Part shown: one piece after another, positions 21,978 to 30,846 of the stretch
How the letters are laid out: every line of letters starts with the position of its first letter
Position numbering within the stretch: the first letter of the stretch is position 1
NCBI GenBank assembly: GCA_002435335.1
Contig: DJMI01000003.1
Coordinates: forward strand, 1-40,376
Direction: 5' to 3'
From: Nitrosomonas sp. UBA6494
Lineage (GTDB): Bacteria > Pseudomonadota > Gammaproteobacteria > Burkholderiales > Nitrosomonadaceae
Length of the DNA: 40,376 nucleotides
Made by a program: the position numbers and the translations under genes
The notes under the pieces: model-generated
Databases searched by the model: none
The model's input: the letters and a program-made list of their open reading frames with translations, nothing else
What the model was told of the DNA's origin: nothing

Positions 21978-22733
21978 TTAATGACGCAAAGCGCGGCAAA
22001 TAGTGATAAATTCTTCAGCCACTAGAGATGCTCCCCCGATCAATCCCCCATCGATATCCGGCATAGCAAACAATTCGCTAGCATTGTTTGCTTTTACACT
22101 ACCACCATAAACAATGGTTATGCTTTGAGCTATGTCAGAATTTTGTCTCGCCAAACTGGTGCGAATGAAAGCATGCACGTCTTGGGCTTGTTGTGGAGTA
22201 GCTGTTTTTCCCGTCCCAATCGCCCAAACTGGTTCATAAGCAATAATAGCATTTTCGAATGATTCTATGCCTGCACTATGAATAACCGCATCCAATTGCT
22301 CTGCTATAACACTTTCAGTACTGCCATCTTCACGTTGCTGCAGTGTTTCACCTACACACAGAATCGGTATTATGCTGAAACGCTGCGCAGCGATATATTT
22401 TTCAGCAACAATTGCACTACTTTCTCCAAACAAGGCTCTTCTTTCAGAGTGCCCTACAATTACATAACGACATGCAAAATCAGTCAACATTGGAGCCGAA
22501 ACTTCTCCAGTATAAGCTCCTTTTTCATATTGACTCAAATTTTGCGCTCCCCAAGCGATATTCGTGTTTTTTAACGAATTCTGAACGGAGAAAAGATAAG
22601 GATATGGCACACAAACTACAAAATTTCCTTCTTGCAATTCACGCAATCCTTTAGCCAGCGCACCAAGTAACTGTTCATTTTCGGAAAGACTACCATGCAT
22701 CTTCCAATTCCCAGCCACCATCTTTCTACGCAT
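21978..22733 (-). CDS. tpiA: Triosephosphate isomerase (start ATG 22733, alternative 22754)
   Basis: AGNWKM, GHSERR, AYEPVWAIGTG, YGGSV and GGASL. Confidence 0.97.
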   Translation of the reverse strand: MRRKMVAGNWKMHGSLSENEQLLGALAKGLRELQEGNFVVCVPYPYLFSVQNSLKNTNIAWGAQNLSQYEKGAYTGEVSAPMLTDFACRYVIVGHSERRALFGESSAIVAEKYIAAQRFSIIPILCVGETLQQREDGSTESVIAEQLDAVIHSAGIESFENAIIAYEPVWAIGTGKTATPQQAQDVHAFIRTSLARQNSDIAQSITIVYGGSVKANNASELFAMPDIDGGLIGGASLVAEEFITICRALRH

Positions 22734-22767
22734 TTTTGCACCCGACCCAAGCATCTTAAAAGGCGAA

Positions 22768-22796
22768 ATCCTACCGTTGATTGACCATCAAGTCAA
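22768..22796 (-). promoter_or_regulatory. Sigma-70 promoter of tpiA-secG-tRNA-Leu(-nuo)
   Basis: Minus strand TTGACT-N17-TAGGAT. Confidence 0.6.
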
Positions 22797-22937
22797 TTGA
22801 ATACCTTCGAAAGCAATTGATGTGAGCAAAACAAAATTAATTAAGGTCATGAATCAAAGAAAATTTTCTTTACCTCAGTTTTTTCTAAAATTTGCTTGTA
22901 CAAAAGGAACATACCGATAATTATAAATATCTCAAAT

Positions 22938-24368
22938 TCAAGGACGATAATCGATGCTCTGAATTCGCCAAATTCCAATTCCCAGTATTACCATCGCTAT
23001 CGAAATTAACGGATTAAGCAAATTTAGCAGCGCATATACGGCATAATCCAACGTCGGCACACCTAACGTAGCAGCATAAAAAGTACCTGCCGTTGTCCAT
23101 GGAATTAAAGCGGTAGTCAATGTCGAACCTTCTTCGACTGAACGTGACAGCATCGCATTATCGAGTGATTTTTCTTGAAAAGCATCTTTAAATAACTGTC
23201 CATTGAGCAGAATGGAAATGTACGCTTCGCCTAATGCCATATTTCCGACCAAACCGGAGATGATGGTAGCTGCAATGAGCGTACTTACTCGCTGAATGCG
23301 AACAATAAGATGCCGAAGCAGAGATTCCAAAAATCCGGCATGATGCAAAATCCCACCGAGTGCCAGCGCCATGATCGACAACACCAATGTCCATGCCATG
23401 CTGTATAATCCACCACGCCCTAACATATCATCGATACTTTCAATTCCAGTGGTTCCCGGTGTATTTAGCCACAGCACATTGATCATTTCGACACCGTTCT
23501 TACCCTGAAAAACCACGGCAATTGCTACGGCAAGCAGTATACTGCACGACATACTGATCTCGGCACTATAATGTTTGACACTCATAACGAACATCAGCAA
23601 TATCGGCAATAACGTCCACCACGGTTCTAATCGGTATGCACTTGCCAATGCAATCCGAATTTCTTCAGTCCGATTATCCATCGGAGAATTGCCGCCGTAC
23701 TGCATTCCCCAAAGTATAAAAATAATCAGAACCACGATAAAGGTCGGCAATGTTGTGTACAGCATCGATCCGATATGACGATACAATTGCGTCCCGGTAC
23801 TCATCGCCGCCAGATTTGTCGTATCTGAAATCGGCGATAATTTATCGCCGAAAGTCGCCCCTGAGATGATCATGCCCGCCACGAGCGGCAATGGAATGCC
23901 TAAAGTATCACCAATGCCGATCAACACCACACCGATGGTCCCCACAGTACCCCACGCTGTACCCGTAGCAATCGACATCAAACTGCACAACAGCAATCCT
24001 ATCGCCAAAAAACTACCGGGTGTCAGCCAGCTCAATCCGTAATACATAAGGCATGCAATGGTACCGCTATGCATAAAGCTAGCAATCACCATACCGATCA
24101 GCAAAAAAATATAAATTGCCGGCAATGCTTTGGCTATTCCGTCATCCATCATGCGTCTGATCGCAATAAACGAATATCCCAAGCCACGCGCATTGATACC
24201 GACCCACACCAGTGAGAAAAAAATCAGCACATGCAGGCTCACTTGAGCAACGAACAGACCCAATGAAAGCAATAACAATACGCCCATGAAGCAAATGGCC
24301 GCATGCCATATCGATGGTGTTCGAGCCGTCTCCTGTAATGTATGAAAATGCGAATTTTGATCAAACAT
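22938..24368 (-). CDS. NhaC-family antiporter/transporter (Na+/H+, amino-acid or dicarboxylate exchange)
   Basis: Polytopic membrane protein with TGTAWGTVGTIG, GATFGDKLSPISDTTNLAA and SRSVEEG..LIPW signatures. Confidence 0.87.
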   Translation of the reverse strand: MFDQNSHFHTLQETARTPSIWHAAICFMGVLLLLSLGLFVAQVSLHVLIFFSLVWVGINARGLGYSFIAIRRMMDDGIAKALPAIYIFLLIGMVIASFMHSGTIACLMYYGLSWLTPGSFLAIGLLLCSLMSIATGTAWGTVGTIGVVLIGIGDTLGIPLPLVAGMIISGATFGDKLSPISDTTNLAAMSTGTQLYRHIGSMLYTTLPTFIVVLIIFILWGMQYGGNSPMDNRTEEIRIALASAYRLEPWWTLLPILLMFVMSVKHYSAEISMSCSILLAVAIAVVFQGKNGVEMINVLWLNTPGTTGIESIDDMLGRGGLYSMAWTLVLSIMALALGGILHHAGFLESLLRHLIVRIQRVSTLIAATIISGLVGNMALGEAYISILLNGQLFKDAFQEKSLDNAMLSRSVEEGSTLTTALIPWTTAGTFYAATLGVPTLDYAVYALLNLLNPLISIAMVILGIGIWRIQSIDYRP

Positions 24369-24383
24369 CGGTGCTGTTATTGC

Positions 24384-24848
24384 TCAAGATTCAGTGTTGA
24401 ACAGTGACAACCATTTGCCATATCCCATCTCCGCCATTTCTTCTTTCTTAATAAATTTCAATGCAGCGGAATTGATACAGAAACGCAAACCAGTGGGTGC
24501 GGGCCCATCTTCGAATACGTGCCCCAAGTGGCTGTCTGCGTAACGGCTTCGCACTTCAGTACGTGGCATCCACAACTCGTAATCGGTACGGTATTGCAGA
24601 TAATGCTCGTCGATCGGACAATAAAAACTTGGCCAGCCGGAACCTGAATCATACTTATGTACCGACGCAAACAGCGGCTCACCGGATACAATATCCACAT
24701 AAATACCCACTGCTTCGTTATCCCAGTACTCATTCTGAAACGGCGCTTCGGTACCGGCATGCTGAGTCACTTGATATTGTAACGGCGACAGTTCGTTTTT
24801 CAGTACTTCCGGGTCTTTTTTAAAATTCTGATAGGGATTGGTCATCAC
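24384..24848 (-). CDS. msrB: Peptide-methionine (R)-S-oxide reductase MsrB (zinc-free type; start 24848 or 24845)
   Basis: GTE.PF, GWPSF and [20 protein letters not shown]. Confidence 0.95.
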   Translation of the reverse strand: MMTNPYQNFKKDPEVLKNELSPLQYQVTQHAGTEAPFQNEYWDNEAVGIYVDIVSGEPLFASVHKYDSGSGWPSFYCPIDEHYLQYRTDYELWMPRTEVRSRYADSHLGHVFEDGPAPTGLRFCINSAALKFIKKEEMAEMGYGKWLSLFNTES

Positions 24849-24877
24849 ATTTTCCTTTGCTTCAAGTACGATTCATC

Positions 24878-26041
24878 ATGATATTTACCGGCACGATTAC
24901 ACATTTATCGCAAAAAGGCTTGGGCGTTGTCAAAAACATCCACAATAATCTATCGTATTTCGTCGCCGGCACTTGGCCGGGTGATCACGGTGAATTCGAA
25001 GCGATCGACAAGCCGCTGGACAACAAAAAATTTGCATACGCCAAGCTAACTCGCTTAATTCGACCCTCTCCACAGCGGCAAACACCACGGTGTCCTCACC
25101 TCAGCTTGCAAGAAAGTACGTGTACCGGTTGTTCATGGATGATTGCCGATTACAGCGCGCAATTGGAACAAAAACAAAACCGCATTCATTACGCGATGCA
25201 ACGCGTAGGGTTCGATATCAATCAATTAAAAATCCAACCGATCCACCCGGCCCCGCAAGTCTACGGCTACCGCAATCGCTGTCAACTCAAGACCGACGGC
25301 TTACAACTGGGGTTTATTTCCGAAGTCACGCATCACATTGCGCCGATCCACGATTGCATCGTACTGAATGATACCTGCCGCAATCTGCTGCACACGGTGC
25401 AGCAACAATTGCCGCAACCGGCGTGGCACACGGAATCGACACAAAATTGGCACACTATCGATTTGGATGACAATATGCAACCCGGTGATATCGTCATCGA
25501 CCGCAAGCGTCCTTTCAAACAAGGCAATTCTCAGCAAAACGCTTGGATGCAGGCTTGGCTGCAACAGCGACTGGTTGAGCATCCCAATCCCGGAAAAGTC
25601 GTGGAATTATTTTGCGGCGCGGGTAATTTCACCCAAATCATCGCCGCATCGAATTGCGACTCGATACTAGCCTTCGAGGCTGACTTCGATGCGGTTCAAA
25701 GACTCAAGGCATTAAATCTCAAGAGAACAAAACCGGTTGTTGCCGATTTGTTCAGTATCAACAGTTGGAAAAAAATGCAACATCAAGTCCATGATGCGAA
25801 AACATTGATACTGGACCCACCGCGCGCCGGTCTCAAAAAACATCAAGGATTTTTCGACAGCTTTTGTACTTTGGAAACGATCATCTACATCTCCTGCAAC
25901 CCGGAAACATTTGCACGTGACGCATGGTTTTTCAATCAACACGGATTTAACGCCGATAAAATCCAACCAATCGATTTATTTCCTCACACACCGCATGTTG
26001 AGGTGTTGGCGGTATTTCAACGATCAACTAATGCGCCATAG
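24878..26041 (+). CDS. RNA m5U methyltransferase, RlmD/TrmA family (alternative TTG start 24857)
   Basis: TRAM-like N-terminus, four Cys for [4Fe-4S] (CPH..CTGC..DC), F.Q.N, ELFCGAGNF, LDPPRAG, YISCNP and DLFPHTPHVE. Confidence 0.87.
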   Translation: MIFTGTITHLSQKGLGVVKNIHNNLSYFVAGTWPGDHGEFEAIDKPLDNKKFAYAKLTRLIRPSPQRQTPRCPHLSLQESTCTGCSWMIADYSAQLEQKQNRIHYAMQRVGFDINQLKIQPIHPAPQVYGYRNRCQLKTDGLQLGFISEVTHHIAPIHDCIVLNDTCRNLLHTVQQQLPQPAWHTESTQNWHTIDLDDNMQPGDIVIDRKRPFKQGNSQQNAWMQAWLQQRLVEHPNPGKVVELFCGAGNFTQIIAASNCDSILAFEADFDAVQRLKALNLKRTKPVVADLFSINSWKKMQHQVHDAKTLILDPPRAGLKKHQGFFDSFCTLETIIYISCNPETFARDAWFFNQHGFNADKIQPIDLFPHTPHVEVLAVFQRSTNAP

Positions 26042-27146
26042 CCTCCAATGCACTGACATACGGCACCCCCTGATTGCGCGCTACCGCGTCGTATGTCAAT
26101 CGGCCACGATAGACATTTAAGCCATTGCGCAAATGTGGATCATCCTGCAATGCTTTGAGATATCCCTTGTTAGCCAGCGCCAAAGCAAATGGCAGCGTTG
26201 CATTATTCAACGCGAACGTGGATGTGCGAGCCACTGCTCCAGGCATGTTGGAAACGCAATAATGGACCACGCCATCGACGGTATAAATTGGATCTGCCAA
26301 TGTGGTCGGTTTGGATGTGGCGAAACAACCACCCTGATCAATCGCCACATCTACCAGCACCGCACCGCGATTCATACGCGCCACCAATTCGCGACTCACC
26401 AGCTTGGGCGCAGCGGCACCGGGAACCAGCACCGCACCGATCACCAAATCGGCACTCGAAACATATTCTTCCACAGCATCCACGGTAGAAAAGACGGTGT
26501 TGATGCGTGATCCGTATTGCGCATCCAATTGCTGCAAGCGGTGTATCGACTTATCCAATACCGTGACATGCGCCTCCACTCCCATTGCGATACGTGCCGC
26601 ATTGGTACCAACCACACCACCACCCAGCACCACAACGCGCGCGGCTGGTACACCGGATACGCCGCCAAGCAAAACGCCACGCCCCCCCTGATCCAATTCC
26701 AATGCATGCGCACCCGCTTGGATCGCCATGCGACCGGCAACCTCACTCATCGGCGCAAGCAACGGCAAGCCGCCAAAATTATCCGTGACCGTTTCGTAAG
26801 CAATTGCCACGCAACCGGATTCAATCAATCCTTTGGTTTGCACCGGATCAGGAGCCAAATGCAAGTATGTGAACAATATTTGTCCTTCGCGCAGCATAGG
26901 AATTTCCGTTGCTTGCGGCTCTTTAACTTTGACGATCAATTCCGCTCGTGCATAAATTTCCTGCGAGGTATCGACCACTTGCGCCCCGGCGGAACGATAC
27001 TGATCGTCACTCAAATCAATTTGCTGACCCGCATTCTTCTGCACCATGACTTGATGGCCATGAGCCGCCAATTCGCGCACCGCTGCCGGAGTCAATCCTA
27101 CTCTTGATTCATGAATTTTTATTTCCTTCGGCACCCCAATACGCAT
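26028..27146 (-). CDS. ald: Alanine dehydrogenase
   Basis: IGVPKEIK.HE.RVGLTP, KVKEP, FTYLHLA, LLAPMSEVAGR, GGGVVG and DVAIDQGGC; GGAG SD. Confidence 0.96.
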   Translation of the reverse strand: MRIGVPKEIKIHESRVGLTPAAVRELAAHGHQVMVQKNAGQQIDLSDDQYRSAGAQVVDTSQEIYARAELIVKVKEPQATEIPMLREGQILFTYLHLAPDPVQTKGLIESGCVAIAYETVTDNFGGLPLLAPMSEVAGRMAIQAGAHALELDQGGRGVLLGGVSGVPAARVVVLGGGVVGTNAARIAMGVEAHVTVLDKSIHRLQQLDAQYGSRINTVFSTVDAVEEYVSSADLVIGAVLVPGAAAPKLVSRELVARMNRGAVLVDVAIDQGGCFATSKPTTLADPIYTVDGVVHYCVSNMPGAVARTSTFALNNATLPFALALANKGYLKALQDDPHLRNGLNVYRGRLTYDAVARNQGVPYVSALEAMAH

Positions 27147-27167
27147 GTCACTCTCCAGTTTTAATCG

Positions 27168-27914
27168 TTAAATAATCCCGCCGTTTGCGCCAATATTTTG
27201 TCCGGTAATCCAGCACGCTTCGTCACTCACCAGAAATAATACGATTTGCGCAATGTCCTGTACATTACCAAGTCGCCCCAGCGCTGCCATGTTCGCCATA
27301 CGTTCGACGTCGGCAACGGTTTTACCGGTTCGAAACAATTCCGTATCCACCGGTCCTGGCAAAATACTGTTGGCAGTAATACCTCGCTCACCCACTTCAC
27401 GAGCAAAAATCCTAGTTAGTTGCTCGATCGCCGCTTTCGTTGCCGCATAGGCGCCATATTTGGGTAACATCAATCGGGTTACCGTGCTGGAAATAGTCAC
27501 AACCCGGCCATGATCGGAAAGTCTGGTTGCAGCTTCGCGCAACGCATAAAACACGCCTTTGAAATTGATATCGACGATACGGTCGAATTCATCGTCAGTA
27601 ATGTTGGAAATTTCTTTGAACAACAAAATACCGGCATTATTGATCAGAATGTCAACTCGGTTAAACTTTGAAGCTGCAATTGCAAAAAGTTTACGCACTT
27701 CGACGGCATCGGATATATCGGCTTGCACCGGCAAAGCGATACCGCCAAAATCAGCAATCGCAGTGCACACATGATCCGCCGCAGCTTGATTTTGCTTGTA
27801 ATTGATTACGACTTTGGCACCTGCTTTGGCTAAAGCGATTGCAATTTCAGCACCGATACCTCTCGCTGCCCCGGTTACAATCGCAACTTTTCCGGCTAAT
27901 GATGGCATCGTCAT
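27168..27914 (-). CDS. SDR family oxidoreductase (start uncertain, 27908-27923)
   Basis: TGAARGIG, NNAG, YAATK and PGPVDT. Confidence 0.9.
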   Translation of the reverse strand: MTMPSLAGKVAIVTGAARGIGAEIAIALAKAGAKVVINYKQNQAAADHVCTAIADFGGIALPVQADISDAVEVRKLFAIAASKFNRVDILINNAGILLFKEISNITDDEFDRIVDINFKGVFYALREAATRLSDHGRVVTISSTVTRLMLPKYGAYAATKAAIEQLTRIFAREVGERGITANSILPGPVDTELFRTGKTVADVERMANMAALGRLGNVQDIAQIVLFLVSDEACWITGQNIGANGGII

Positions 27915-27945
27915 TACAAACAATCAGGCAAGCCAGTTTCAGCAG

Positions 27946-28596
27946 TTACTTGGCTGCATTCTGGTTTTTCAGAAACTTGACGATGTCTTGAAATTCTCGT
28001 TTTTCCGCCCAAGTCAGCGCATTATCGCCTTGCTCGTTTTTTATCGTAGAATCGGCACCTAATTTAAGTAACAATGCCACTACGTCGGCATGATTGCCCC
28101 TGACAGCCATCATCAATGCCGATGAACCATTGTCTGAAACCGCATTGATATCGGCCCCGCCTTTCAGTAATAGCTGAATAGTATCCAAATGACCACCCGT
28201 TGCCGCATACAACAATGGATTCCAGCCACTGTGATTAATTTCCGCACCACGAATGTACAGTTGCTTCACCATATCGGTTTGTCCATGATAACTCGCCAAC
28301 ATGATTGCCGTTTCGCCAAACCGATTACGCGTATGGATATCTGCGCCCGCATCCATTAACAATTCAGCCAATTTGGTATTGTGCAACTGAGCTGCCATCA
28401 TCAGAGGGGTATAACCTTCCGGATTCGGAATATTCGGATCGGCACCTTTGCTTAGCAATCGGGATACGTCGTACAAATTGCCTTTTTCAATCGCCCAAAT
28501 CAAATCTTTCTGAATATCAGCATGTGCTTGCAGTGGAAAAAATAGCAAGAAGCATAGAGTCATCCATAAAGAAAAATGCAATCCTTTGTTATGCAC
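27946..28596 (-). CDS. Secreted/periplasmic ankyrin-repeat protein
   Basis: Signal peptide ending AHA, about six G.T.L..A...G...GAD repeats; GTG start with GGAGG SD, overlapping the tatD stop. Confidence 0.9.
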   Translation of the reverse strand: MHNKGLHFSLWMTLCFLLFFPLQAHADIQKDLIWAIEKGNLYDVSRLLSKGADPNIPNPEGYTPLMMAAQLHNTKLAELLMDAGADIHTRNRFGETAIMLASYHGQTDMVKQLYIRGAEINHSGWNPLLYAATGGHLDTIQLLLKGGADINAVSDNGSSALMMAVRGNHADVVALLLKLGADSTIKNEQGDNALTWAEKREFQDIVKFLKNQNAAK

Positions 28597-29371
28597 GATT
28601 CACCTCCCCCTTTAACCGGAACAAATTAAAGAAATTGTGCGTGGTAGCGACACCGATTTCCTCCAATGCAACCGAACGCAGTCTTGCAATCTCTTCCGCC
28701 ACATGGCGCACGAACGCCGGTTGGTTTTGTTTGCCGCGAAACGGTACTGGCGCCAAATAAGGAGAATCGGTTTCGATCAACATTCGATCTAACGGAATCT
28801 GTCTTGCAACTTCCTTCAGCGTAACCGCATTCTTAAACGTTACAATACCGGAAAAAGAAATGTAGAAATTCATAGCCATTGCTTGCTGCGCCACTTCCCA
28901 GCTTTCAGTAAAACAATGCATCACCCCACCTACTTGTTCGGCACCTTCTTCACGCATGATACGCAGGGTATCTTCAGCAGCAGAGCGTGTATGAATGACA
29001 AGTGGTTTGTTTACAGCTATTGCAGCACGAATATGCTGCCGAAAGCGTTCACGTTGCCACTCCAAATCACCTTGCAAGCGAAAATAATCGAGACCGGTTT
29101 CACCGATAGCGATGACTTTTTCATGGCCGGCCAATGCCGCAAGCTGCGCAGCGGTTGGTTCAATCTCATCCTCGTAATCGGGATGCACACCCACTGAGGC
29201 AAATAAATTGTTGTGTGCTTCTGCCAAAGCACGCACACGTGGAAAATCAGGCAAATTGACGCTGACGCAGAGCGCGTGCGTTACTTGGTTGTCACGCATA
29301 TTCTGCAGCAAATGATCCAATTCATTAGCTAAATCCGGAAAATCGAGATGACAGTGAGAATCAATAAACAT
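28589..29371 (-). CDS. TatD-family metal-dependent hydrolase/DNase (YcfH-like)
   Basis: DSHCH, GVHP, IGETGLDY, IHTR, HCF and ETDSPYLAP. Confidence 0.93.
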   Translation of the reverse strand: MFIDSHCHLDFPDLANELDHLLQNMRDNQVTHALCVSVNLPDFPRVRALAEAHNNLFASVGVHPDYEDEIEPTAAQLAALAGHEKVIAIGETGLDYFRLQGDLEWQRERFRQHIRAAIAVNKPLVIHTRSAAEDTLRIMREEGAEQVGGVMHCFTESWEVAQQAMAMNFYISFSGIVTFKNAVTLKEVARQIPLDRMLIETDSPYLAPVPFRGKQNQPAFVRHVAEEIARLRSVALEEIGVATTHNFFNLFRLKGEVNRA

Positions 29372-29384
29372 AATCAATCAATTA

Positions 29385-29834
29385 CTAGCGTTTTCCACGA
29401 TAGGCATCCGCCCAACAATTTGGTGTTTCAAACAATCGCACATGCTCCAATCGCAATTGATTGCCATAAAAATCCTGATAAGCCGCATCCAGCCGATCAA
29501 ATGCGAGCAACGCCAAGTTTTCCGCAGTCGGCTGAACATCCAATACGACGGTTTTATGATCTTCGATCGATTGCAGAAACTGCAACACTTTAGTATCTCC
29601 CGCATAAACCAAAAAAGCGTGATCCCATTGATCTACCAATGCTGCCATCGCTATCCTTTTTACTTCAGAAAAATCCATTACCATACCTTGCTGCGCCACA
29701 CCTTCATCGGCGATAATATTGCCTGATAATGTTATTTCAATACAATAGCGGTGACCGTGTAAATGACGGCACTGACTCGTGTGCGTCGAAATGCGATGAC
29801 CCGCATCAAATTCCAGCCTGCGCGTAATGAACAT
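29385..29834 (-). CDS. queD: 6-carboxy-5,6,7,8-tetrahydropterin synthase (QueD/PTPS family)
   Basis: FDAGHR...C..LHGH.Y, GMVMDF, PTAENL and L.ETP; start ATG 29834. Confidence 0.88.
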   Translation of the reverse strand: MFITRRLEFDAGHRISTHTSQCRHLHGHRYCIEITLSGNIIADEGVAQQGMVMDFSEVKRIAMAALVDQWDHAFLVYAGDTKVLQFLQSIEDHKTVVLDVQPTAENLALLAFDRLDAAYQDFYGNQLRLEHVRLFETPNCWADAYRGKR

Positions 29835-29876
29835 GCGAACAAATAAAGACACTCAATTAAAAACAGGATTGTAGCA

Positions 29877-30737
29877 TTGCAAGGACCATCCAGCCTATTG
29901 AACACCACAGACCATAGCCGTGACAGCGCCGGATTCACCTATGTTTATCCGGTTGTGTCGCGCAGAGCTGGCGGCGTATCCATCGGCATTAATTTGAATC
30001 CTAACAATGCTTGCAATTGGCGTTGCATTTATTGCCAGGTACCGGATCTTAAACGTGGCACCGCACCTACCATCGATCTGCGACAATTGGAAGCCGAATT
30101 ACGCCAAATGCTGCATCAGATCGTCAACGGCGATTATATGCAACGATATGTTCCCAAAAAGGCAAGGGTGCTGCACGACATTGCATTATCCGGCAATGGC
30201 GAACCGACCAGTGCGCAGGAATTTGCACAAGTCATAGCATTGATTGATCTGATAAAACGCGAATTCAATCTTCCTTCTCAGCTAAAAACGGTACTCATCA
30301 CCAACGGCAGCTTGATACATCGTTCCAATGTTCAAACGGGGTTAACGCAAATGGCGTCAATGAACGGGGAAGTATGGTTTAAATTTGACCGAGCTCTGCC
30401 ACAAGAAAGATTGCTGATCAACAACACGCGCATCAGTCTAAAAAAAATTTACACGCATATCCTAATTGCCGCATCGCTTTGCCCAACTTGGTTGCAAACC
30501 TGCTTTTTCAATTTGGATGGATTACCGCCCACAGATGTGGAAACTGTGGCTTACTTAAATTTTTTGCAACAATTGGTCGCCGATAACGTCCCGATCAAAG
30601 GCGTGATGTTATACAGCATTGCCCGCCCTTCGTTACAACCCGAAGCAGCACGCTTATCACCCATCGACGAAAGCTGGCTGCTGAAATACCGAGAAAAAAT
30701 CGAAAAACTTAACCTTCCGGTAAAACTCAGTTTCTGA
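29877..30737 (+). CDS. Radical SAM protein of unknown function (TYW1/COG0731-like)
   Basis: YPVVSRRAGGVSIGINL followed by CNWRCIYC, SGNGEPT and LITNGS; TTG start. Confidence 0.85.
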   Translation: MQGPSSLLNTTDHSRDSAGFTYVYPVVSRRAGGVSIGINLNPNNACNWRCIYCQVPDLKRGTAPTIDLRQLEAELRQMLHQIVNGDYMQRYVPKKARVLHDIALSGNGEPTSAQEFAQVIALIDLIKREFNLPSQLKTVLITNGSLIHRSNVQTGLTQMASMNGEVWFKFDRALPQERLLINNTRISLKKIYTHILIAASLCPTWLQTCFFNLDGLPPTDVETVAYLNFLQQLVADNVPIKGVMLYSIARPSLQPEAARLSPIDESWLLKYREKIEKLNLPVKLSF

Positions 30738-30804
30738 TTATGTGCGTTCGATTGGCAAGACAGCGACCACAAGTTGTTACAAAATAACAACAAAATAAAA
30801 TTTC

Positions 30805-30846
30805 TTGATATTGATCAATACGATTCGAAAGTTTTTTCGATATAAA
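30805..30846 (+). promoter_or_regulatory. FNR/DNR-type box with class II promoter geometry
   Basis: TTGAT-ATTG-ATCAA (30805-30818) matches the FNR consensus exactly. TATAAA at 30841-30846 places the box centre about 41.5 bp upstream of the expected transcription start. Confidence 0.65.

Noticed and set aside
26133-27107. Long plus-strand ORFs (up to 196 aa) antisense to ald, and similar ORFs opposite nuoG, nuoD, nusA and infB
   Set aside because: Shadow frames of well-conserved genes, with no recognisable motifs.
27946-28500. Repetitive sequence as a DNA repeat array or CRISPR
   Set aside because: Explained by protein-level ankyrin repeats; there are no identical spaced repeats and no cas genes.
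28589-30737. Dpd-type 7-deazaguanine DNA-modification or Qat-type defence island
   Set aside because: No DpdA/TGT-like, QueC-like, ATPase or helicase genes are present, and the TatD looks like the housekeeping YcfH type.
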